Of a stretch of 64,000 nucleotides of DNA, positions 58,764-64,000 are shown piece by piece. Origin of the DNA: a virus. Its lineage: Duplodnaviria > Caudoviricetes. The stretch covers positions 9,660 to 73,659 of the IMG/VR virus record IMGVR_UViG_3300037761_000327, one strand, 5' to 3'. The position numbers were made by a program, and so were the translations under genes. The stretch's first letter is position 1. Each line of letters opens with the position of its first letter. Under the pieces are notes generated by a model. The model was not told the DNA's origin. It did no database searches and saw only the letters and a list, made by a program, of their open reading frames with translations.

Positions 58764-58937
58764 ATGAGCAGAACGTACAGAAAAAGTAGAAACGGCTTAA
58801 AATTTAGAGAAGGAAGGTATGCCGAAGGAGTTTTTTATAAGTGCCGGTGTGAATATTGTACTGGAATAGATAAGAAGATTCTTGAGGATAAAATCCTTGA
58901 CAAGGAAATGAAACAGGAGTGTAGCTTAATTGGTTAA
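58764..58937 (+). CDS. 57-aa basic protein MSRTYRK...CRCEYC (not in ORF track)
   Basis: Translated by hand; CxCxxC motif; stop lies inside tRNA-Ile. Confidence 0.55.
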   Translation: MSRTYRKSRNGLKFREGRYAEGVFYKCRCEYCTGIDKKILEDKILDKEMKQECSLIG

Positions 58938-58988
58938 AGTACTCAGCTGATACCTGAGTGAGTGCAAGTTCGAATCTTGCCACTCCTA
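58915..58988 (+). tRNA. tRNA-Ile (GAT)
   Basis: Full cloverleaf: AGGAGTG/CACTCCT, CTCAG-CTGATAC-CTGAG. Confidence 0.92.
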
Positions 58989-58993
58989 CAACT

Positions 58994-59066
58994 GCGAAAG
59001 AGGTCATAGAGGAATGGCGCCTGCCTTCCAAGCAGGAGTTAGCGAGTTCGAACCTCGTCTTTCGCT
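58994..59066 (+). tRNA. tRNA-Gly (TCC)
   Basis: GCGAAAG/CTTTCGC, CCTGC-CTTCCAA-GCAGG. Confidence 0.9.
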
Positions 59067-59071
59067 AATTT

Positions 59072-59155
59072 AGCGGGGCAGTCAGTAGAGGAAGCTTGTG
59101 GGGCTCATAACCCCATGCCGAAAGGCCCCGGGAGTTCGAATCCCCCTCCCTGTTC
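59072..59155 (+). tRNA. tRNA with CAT anticodon (Met/fMet-like) and long variable arm
   Basis: TGGGG-CTCATAA-CCCCA; extra GCC-GAAA-GGC hairpin. Confidence 0.7.
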
Positions 59156-59159
59156 AAAT

Positions 59160-59229
59160 TGGGGTAAGCCTAGGTAGGTTAGCGGACCTTATATGTCCGT
59201 GGGGACGGGTTCGATTCCCTCTACCCCAA
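59160..59229 (+). tRNA. tRNA-Ile (TAT)
   Basis: TGGGGTA/TACCCCA; CGGAC-CTTATAT-GTCCG; short D arm. Confidence 0.7.
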
Positions 59230-59233
59230 CAAA

Positions 59234-59265
59234 TTTGGTAGTTACAAAAGAATTTCGTATCTTTG
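59234..59265 (+). promoter_or_regulatory. Promoter (-33 TTTG, -7 TATCTTTG), probably leaderless
   Basis: ATG at 59269 follows the -7 box after 3 nt. Confidence 0.65.
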
Positions 59266-59268
59266 ACC

Positions 59269-59553
59269 ATGACGGATTTTATACCTAAAAAAAACCAACA
59301 GGAGATACACGAAATCAACTTCCAGAACGCCGAGGAGCTGCTACTGTACCACAAGTACCTGTACTACGAGCTCTCCAAGCCGATGGTGACCGACCAACAC
59401 TTCGACCAGCTCGACCAATATGCAAGAAGACTTTCCCAGTACGTATGCCCCAAGCGCTTTCCACCGGAGGAATACGTACACGAGACAATGGTCGGCTTTG
59501 ATAAAAATCACCGGTTGTGGCCGAAAGTGAAAGAGAGATTTGGAATAAAATAA
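59269..59553 (+). CDS. Stand-alone protein resembling NAD-dependent DNA ligase domain Ia
   Basis: LLYHKYLYYELSKPMVTDQHFDQL matches H...YY....P.I.D..YD.L; ends with a VG motif. Confidence 0.65.
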   Translation: MTDFIPKKNQQEIHEINFQNAEELLLYHKYLYYELSKPMVTDQHFDQLDQYARRLSQYVCPKRFPPEEYVHETMVGFDKNHRLWPKVKERFGIK

Positions 59554-59569
59554 AAAAATTGTATAAAAG

Positions 59570-59600
59570 TTTGTAGGTATCAAAAAAAGTTGTATATTAG
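59570..59600 (+). promoter_or_regulatory. Promoter of tRNA cluster 2
   Basis: -33 TTTG at 59570; -7 variant TATATTAG at 59593-59600. Confidence 0.65.
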
Positions 59601-59604
59601 CAGC

Positions 59605-59694
59605 ATGAAAACATTAAACACATATAATTCCTTTTGGTATTCGAATTGCTCCGGCAATGTTGAAGGGGATTCCTATGTCTACAAACTCATATAA
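59605..59694 (+). CDS. Putative leader peptide 2 (MKTLNTYNSFWYSNCSGNVEGDSYVYKLI)
   Basis: 29-codon ORF between promoter and terminator. Confidence 0.8.
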   Translation: MKTLNTYNSFWYSNCSGNVEGDSYVYKLI

Positions 59695-59724
59695 CTGTTT
59701 TCGTTTTTTGATTTTGATTCATTT

Positions 59725-59754
59725 AACCCTTCGTCTCCTAACGAGGGGTTTTTT
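59725..59754 (+). terminator. Attenuator terminator 2
   Basis: AACCCTTCGT-ctccta-ACGAGGGGTT followed by TTTT. Confidence 0.85.
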
Positions 59755-59760
59755 GTTTTA

Positions 59761-59845
59761 TGCCATTTTATACCGTAGGGGTAGCGGGGCAGACTGTAAA
59801 TCTGTTGTTTAACGACTCGGGTGGTTCGACTCCACCAGGTGGCAC
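59761..59845 (+). tRNA. tRNA-Tyr (GTA)
   Basis: GCAGA-CTGTAAA-TCTGT; long variable arm; GGTGG-TTCGACT-CCACC. Confidence 0.85.
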
Positions 59846-59849
59846 ATTT

Positions 59850-59932
59850 AGTGGGTAGCGCAGAGGTTGCGAACCGGTCTTGAAAACCGGGCTATCGGGG
59901 GACTGATGAGGGTTCGATTCCTTTACCCACTA
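59850..59932 (+). tRNA. tRNA-Ser (TGA)
   Basis: AGTGGGT/ACCCACT; CCGGT-CTTGAAA-ACCGG; long variable arm. Confidence 0.85.
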
Positions 59933-59986
59933 CAATATATTTGTTCAATTATTTTTCGTACTTTTGATTCGAACTAAAATAAAACT

Positions 59987-60505
59987 ATGAAAGGACAAAT
60001 ATTAAAATTAAGAAGCTCGGGTAAAACCTACAACGAAATTATAAAAGAGCTAGGTTGCAGCAAAGGCACAGTGAGTTATTATTGTGGAGAAGGTCAAAAA
60101 ACTAAAACTCTAGCCAGAACTAGAAAAAGAAGAACAAACCCTGTAGTGGGCAAACTTGAAAAGTTTTTGTCAAGGGCAAACAAGATAAGGGTAAATGATT
60201 TTCAAAGGAATAGAGGAAATGGAGGCTCTTTTAAAGAGGGGAGAGATTATAATTTCACAGTAAAAGATGCTATTAAAAAATTTGGACATAATCCTATTTG
60301 CTATTTGACGGGCAGAAGAATAGATTTATTAGATAGTAAATCTTATCACTTTGACCACATTATTCCGGTGTCCAAGGGGGGTAAGAATACCTTAAGTAAC
60401 TTAGGACTACTGTGCAGAGAGGCTAATTACTCGAAAAGTGATATGATGGTAGATGAATACCTACAGTTATGTAAAGAGGTTATAGAATATTCTAATAGAG
60501 GGTAA
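59987..60505 (+). CDS. HTH-HNH homing endonuclease inside the tRNA cluster
   Basis: GKTYNEI..ELGCSKGTVSYY; CYLTG, FDHIIPVSKGG.N...NL...C...N..K. Confidence 0.88.
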   Translation: MKGQILKLRSSGKTYNEIIKELGCSKGTVSYYCGEGQKTKTLARTRKRRTNPVVGKLEKFLSRANKIRVNDFQRNRGNGGSFKEGRDYNFTVKDAIKKFGHNPICYLTGRRIDLLDSKSYHFDHIIPVSKGGKNTLSNLGLLCREANYSKSDMMVDEYLQLCKEVIEYSNRG

Positions 60506-60580
60506 ACTGAGCAGGTGTTCAGGAGGTATTGCTAATACTATCGAGGGTAGTACCTTGCGTTTCGAGTACGCTGCCCTCTT
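60497..60580 (+). tRNA. tRNA-Ser (GCT)
   Basis: AGAGGGT/GCCCTCT; GGTA-TTGCTAA-TACT; long variable arm. Confidence 0.75.
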
Positions 60581-60589
60581 CTATTATAA

Positions 60590-60676
60590 GGGTAAGTTGC
60601 CGTAGTGGACGAACGGTTCAGCCTGTTAAGCTGGCGAGCAAAAGCTCCATCGTAGGTTCGAATCCTACCTTGCCCT
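60590..60676 (+). tRNA. tRNA-Asn (GTT) with long variable arm
   Basis: GGGTAAG/CTTGCCC; TCAGC-CTGTTAA-GCTGG; GAGC-AAAA-GCTC. Confidence 0.8.
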
Positions 60677-60683
60677 CTTTAAT

Positions 60684-60754
60684 GCTTGTGAGCGCAGGTT
60701 GTGCCGGTCGGTCTCCAAAACTGTACCGTAAGAGTTCGAATCTCTTCACTCGCG
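60684..60754 (+). tRNA. tRNA-Trp (CCA)
   Basis: CGGT-CTCCAAA-ACTG; AAGAG-TTCGAAT-CTCTT; two acceptor mismatches. Confidence 0.7.
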
Positions 60755-60759
60755 CTAAT

Positions 60760-60862
60760 TAAAATAGACTTATGCCGTGAAACGGTGTGATGGTCGCTGG
60801 ATGAAAGCAACGCACTTAATGACCGTGCCCAAAATTGATAAAATTTCCAGATGTCTATTTTA
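60760..60862 (+). ncRNA. Candidate structured non-tRNA RNA
   Basis: 10-bp closing stem TAAAATAGAC/GTCTATTTTA enclosing several hairpins. Confidence 0.5.
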
Positions 60863-60868
60863 TTACTT

Positions 60869-60942
60869 GCGTCAGAAGCTAACTTGGTTAGAAGCGCCGG
60901 CTTGAAGCCCCGGAGGAGTTGGTTCGATTCCAGCCTGTCGCA
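60869..60942 (+). tRNA. tRNA-Phe (GAA)
   Basis: GCGTCAG/CTGTCGC; loop TTGAAGC; GTTGG-TTCGATT-CCAGC. Confidence 0.8.
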
Positions 60943-60955
60943 CATAATTATCTAT

Positions 60956-61030
60956 ATTGGGGAACCTGACGGAGAAGGGGGACGTCTGCAAAACCATCCC
61001 ATGCCGGTTCGACCCCGGCCCCCAATTCCA
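60956..61030 (+). tRNA. tRNA-Cys (GCA)
   Basis: ATTGGGG/CCCCAAT, U discriminator, CCA; loop CTGCAAA. Confidence 0.8.
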
Positions 61031-61078
61031 TTTAAATTCTTTTTTGTACCTTTACAACCTAACATTAAAAATGTAACA

Positions 61079-61405
61079 ATGGCAAAAACAACAAAAAACG
61101 GGCCGGGGGACAAGGACAAGAAAAAAAAATCCACCTCCAAAGCTAACGACACGATAAGCCCGTACTACGCAGCGGTAAAATATGGAAGCTCTCTCGAAAA
61201 GAATGCTGCCAAGAAATCCATGGCAGGATACTTCTCCGGCTCCCCTGCCAACAAAAGAGGAGAGTCCGAGAGCCAGCACATGTCCAGAATGGCCAAAAAA
61301 GATACTATCCCCAGTGCCAGAAAAGCGAGGGGAGTATATCAGGCAGGTAACTTTGGTCCCAGCATCGGCAAAAAAGCATCCTCAACCGTAAAAAAGAAAA
61401 AGTAA
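61079..61405 (+). CDS. Lys-rich hypothetical protein
   Basis: Start reassigned to MAKTT because the upstream part of the track ORF is tRNA sequence. Confidence 0.6.
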   Translation: MAKTTKNGPGDKDKKKKSTSKANDTISPYYAAVKYGSSLEKNAAKKSMAGYFSGSPANKRGESESQHMSRMAKKDTIPSARKARGVYQAGNFGPSIGKKASSTVKKKK

Positions 61406-61406
61406 T

Positions 61407-61679
61407 ATGAAAAATCTATTCTTAGGACTTGCACTATTGATTTCGTCTATAGTGTTCTCACAGGAGCCCGTTCTGGACAGCATACAAGTTTTTAAACCTA
61501 TGCCGGAGCCTGTACTGATAGCCACTATGTACGAATACGAAACGTTCTTCGAGAAACTTACAAAAGTGTCCGACAGGACAGGTGCCAATGAGGTTATCTG
61601 CGTATTTTTCTACAAAGAGGATAAAGACTCTCCCCAAAAAACTCTGGTAAAAACTTTTATTAGAAAAAAACAACGATAA
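61407..61679 (+). CDS. Secreted hypothetical protein
   Basis: Signal peptide MKNLFLGLALLISSIVFS-Q. Confidence 0.6.
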   Translation: MKNLFLGLALLISSIVFSQEPVLDSIQVFKPMPEPVLIATMYEYETFFEKLTKVSDRTGANEVICVFFYKEDKDSPQKTLVKTFIRKKQR

Positions 61680-61680
61680 A

Positions 61681-61716
61681 TTTGGTTTGTATTATAATTT
61701 TACTTATATTTGTACC
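61681..61716 (+). promoter_or_regulatory. Promoter of tRNA cluster 3 (identical to 58472-58507)
   Basis: 36-bp exact repeat with -33 and -7 boxes. Confidence 0.85.
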
Positions 61717-61719
61717 ATC

Positions 61720-61797
61720 ATGAAAACAACACGCTTTGTTGCGGTACGCAACTTACATACACAGCTACTAGAGCAACCGGAAATAATCGTCTGGTAG
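61720..61797 (+). CDS. Putative leader peptide 3 (MKTTRFVAVRNLHTQLLEQPEIIVW)
   Basis: 25-codon ORF between promoter and terminator. Confidence 0.75.
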   Translation: MKTTRFVAVRNLHTQLLEQPEIIVW

Positions 61798-61839
61798 GGA
61801 TAGGTATGGTGTGATGTAAGAAACTTATATTATCGTATT

Positions 61840-61873
61840 AAGCCTCCCCGGAAACGTGGGGGCTTTTTATTTT
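61840..61873 (+). terminator. Attenuator terminator 3
   Basis: AAGCCTCCCCG-GAAA-CGTGGGGGCTT followed by TTTATTTT. Confidence 0.85.
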
Positions 61874-61946
61874 CGGGATGTGACAAAATTGGTAACGTGC
61901 TCGGTTTGGAGCCGAGAGACTGTAGGTTCGAGGCCTACCTCCCCTA
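61874..61946 (+). tRNA. tRNA-Pro (TGG), weak acceptor stem
   Basis: CTCGG-TTTGGAG-CCGAG; GTAGG-TTCGAGG-CCTAC. Confidence 0.7.
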
Positions 61947-61994
61947 CAAAGAGACGTTTGGCCGTTTAACTCCTTAAAAAACAATGGCCCTAAT

Positions 61995-62067
61995 GCTACC
62001 ATCGTCTAAATGGTCAGGACACAAGACTTTCAATCTTGAAATCGGGTTTCGATTACCCGTGGTAGTA
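61995..62067 (+). tRNA. tRNA-Glu (TTC)
   Basis: GCTACCA/TGGTAGT; CAAGA-CTTTCAA-TCTTG. Confidence 0.9.
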
Positions 62068-62077
62068 CGAATATAAT

Positions 62078-62148
62078 TGGAGTATGATGTAGTGGTAACA
62101 TGGTTGGTTTTGAGCCAACTCTCGGAGGTTCGACCCCTTCTGCTCCAA
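62078..62148 (+). tRNA. tRNA-Gln (TTG)
   Basis: TGGAGTA/TGCTCCA; GTTGG-TTTTGAG-CCAAC. Confidence 0.9.
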
Positions 62149-62155
62149 CTAACAT

Positions 62156-62237
62156 GGTGTCATTGTTGTAAACGGTGAGCATAGTAGGTTGTGACCTTGC
62201 AGGTCTCGGTTCGAATACTCCCGGGCGTTCTACACCA
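62156..62237 (+). pseudogene. tRNA-His (GTG) with disrupted 3' end
   Basis: Normal through GTAGG-TTGTGAC-CTTGC and CTCGG-TTCGAAT, then loses register. Confidence 0.65.
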
Positions 62238-62367
62238 ATTTCGTACTATTGGGCGTCCTGAAAGATAGGGCGTCCTTTATCTTTGAATCCTTCCTTCTGT
62301 ACAGCCTCGCTACCTTTTTATTAGGGTCGGAGGCCTTTTCCGATATCTTATGTTTTCTGTAGTTCAT
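62230..62367 (-). CDS. 45-aa basic protein (not in ORF track)
   Basis: MNYRKHKISEKASDPNKKVARLYRRKDSKIKDALSFRTPNSTKLV. Confidence 0.55.
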   Translation of the reverse strand: MNYRKHKISEKASDPNKKVARLYRRKDSKIKDALSFRTPNSTKLV

Positions 62368-62404
62368 AGTTGCAAGGTAATGATTTTTTTGTTATATTGT
62401 ATTC

Positions 62405-62899
62405 ATGATAAAAAGATTTATATTACTCGCCCTTACACTGACCGTCTTCGGTTTCACCTTCGACCACGGCCCCATTAACTACGTCCAAGAACAAAAGATG
62501 GGAAGGCCCCACGTAGAGGCTCGACTACTGAAATACTTTAATGAGCTGGACTCTATCTACGTCTCCAAAGGCATCGTAATAGACTACTCCAAGGTATCCA
62601 GCATACAGAGTATGGACTCACTCCCGTACGACCCGGTGTTGCAAGGAAAGTCTTTGGAAGGCCTGTATAATAAGCACACAAATCAAGTGTACATAAACAC
62701 CTATCAATTGGATGCCTTTTTTAAGGGCAAGTACAAAGAGAAGATTTTGCTTATAATGGCACATGAGATAGGCCACTCACAAGGTATGGGCCACTCTAAT
62801 GACACCACTTCCATAATGTACTACAGTAGTAAGTACGTTTCGGCCCTGCTGGATAACAATAAAATTGAGGACCTTGTGAGCGAGATGTATTTAAATTGA
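62405..62899 (+). CDS. Secreted metzincin (matrixin/M10-like) metalloprotease
   Basis: Signal peptide; HEIGHSQGMGH; Met-turn SIMY. Confidence 0.85.
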   Translation: MIKRFILLALTLTVFGFTFDHGPINYVQEQKMGRPHVEARLLKYFNELDSIYVSKGIVIDYSKVSSIQSMDSLPYDPVLQGKSLEGLYNKHTNQVYINTYQLDAFFKGKYKEKILLIMAHEIGHSQGMGHSNDTTSIMYYSSKYVSALLDNNKIEDLVSEMYLN

Positions 62900-63538
62900 C
62901 ATTTTTAGCCTTTGATATCTTCGGCCCAAATTATTTATACTATTCCTCCTCTTTAAAGTTCTACCCCTCTTCGGGGGGAGGTTCTATAAGTATTACTTAT
63001 GTAGTAAGTAACTACTATATAAGTACCTATTAAATATTTACTACTTTATTAAGTAACTACTATAATAGTATTGAAACGATATCTAACGGGGAACGCTACG
63101 CTTTAAACAAAAATAAGGGTTTTCCTTATATTGCTTTGTCGTAACGCTCGTTCATTTGTCTTGAAACTGACTCTGAACGGGTGTGGGTATATCTCCCAAG
63201 GGTGTTTAGTCCTCTACCTCCCTGTTGCTAACACTAACACGACCCCCGCGGGCCCAAAGATGCTTGGCCCCCGTCAACTGGCCCCATGCTACAAGGAATA
63301 CTTGTTTTAAGACGGTCGGATACTTCGGGCAGTCCTACTACCTCTTTCTCCTTGTTCCCCTAGCTTTTTAAGTGGTCTGGGTAAATCGTCACTCCGTAAT
63401 GTAAATAAGTACAAATATACAAAAAATATTCTAATCACCAAACAATACCACCATTATTTTTATAAAAAATTCACAGTCCCTCATAACTCCCTGATTTACT
63501 GCGCGATAAAAAATAATTTAAAAATAATTACCCTAAAG

Positions 63539-63570
63539 TTTGTTGAAACCGATTATTTGTTCTATATTTG
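63539..63570 (+). promoter_or_regulatory. Promoter (-33 TTTG, -7 TATATTTG)
   Basis: Consensus boxes upstream of 63596. Confidence 0.65.
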
Positions 63571-63595
63571 CTGTGAACGAAAATAGAAGAGAGGT

Positions 63596-63733
63596 ATGAA
63601 ACTGATAATAATGGCCCCCACAGTAGACCTCTACCTCCGACAGGGCCTTGCCCACGAGCTTAGGGACATGGAGCGCGGGAGCTCGGCAGTGGTGCCAAAA
63701 ACGGATTATGTGCTTATAATAAAAAATGATTGA
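63596..63733 (+). CDS. 45-aa hypothetical protein
   Basis: ORF directly after the promoter. Confidence 0.45.
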   Translation: MKLIIMAPTVDLYLRQGLAHELRDMERGSSAVVPKTDYVLIIKND

Positions 63734-63735
63734 TT

Positions 63736-64000
63736 ATGGGAAGCGTAACATGCGTAACGCCAACAGATGGTATATTTCTTTTTGAAAAAGGTTCTATGTT
63801 CATAGAGGCCATAAAAACAGGAAACAGTTTTAAAGTCCCTAAGCACAGGTGGACCTATCCAAAACTAGTATCGGCAAAAGCTTCTATACTTGGTCCAGAC
63901 CATGAAATTTTTATTACTGACTTGGGGGTTATAACCTCTATAACTTTTGACGAGCATATAGCGGAATTAGCAATATCCCCTTACTCCTCTAAAGGATTTC
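63736..64000 (+). CDS. Hypothetical protein, truncated by window end
   Basis: MGSVTCVTPTDG... open to the last base. Confidence 0.5.
   Translation, partial: MGSVTCVTPTDGIFLFEKGSMFIEAIKTGNSFKVPKHRWTYPKLVSAKASILGPDHEIFITDLGVITSITFDEHIAELAISPYSSKGF

Noticed and set aside
60851-61078. N-terminal extension of ORF 60851-61405 and other short ORFs over 58.8-61.0 kb
   Set aside because: They overlap tRNA genes; the real start is probably 61079.
1-64000. Stop-codon reassignment as in some crAss-like phages
   Set aside because: Genes are intact in the standard code, all three stops end genes, and no suppressor anticodon was found.

Overview
The window is most of the genome of a podovirus-type tailed phage infecting Bacteroidota, probably Flavobacteriaceae (TAnnTTTG/-33 TTTG promoters throughout, A-rich translation starts without Shine-Dalgarno). 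The combination of GroEL, family A polymerase, many tRNAs and this capsid block recalls Cellulophaga phi38:1/Calle_1-like phages; that assignment is from memory and unverified. Layout: 1-26 kb (+) virion and packaging module (intein-containing terminase, portal, scaffold, major capsid, tail, ejection proteins); 26-57.8 kb (-) replication, chaperonin and early accessory genes; 58.4-62.2 kb (+) three tRNA clusters. Two systems stand out. (1) Each tRNA cluster is preceded by promoter > short leader ORF > intrinsic terminator, and the leader peptides carry the amino acids of the downstream tRNAs (NTYNSFWYSNCS before Tyr/Ser/Ser/Asn/Trp/Phe/Cys; LHTQLLEQPE before Pro/Glu/Gln/His). This suggests ribosome-mediated attenuation that switches on phage tRNAs when the cognate host tRNAs are depleted. 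(2) An AAA ATPase / small protein / HExxH-VWA operon ends in a tandem array of seven mini-genes, MELPNG(XG)nNYPYVLLII, with invariant ends and individually shuffled Y/N/D cores. All calls were made by eye from motifs; no searches were run, and RNA coordinates may be off by a few bases.
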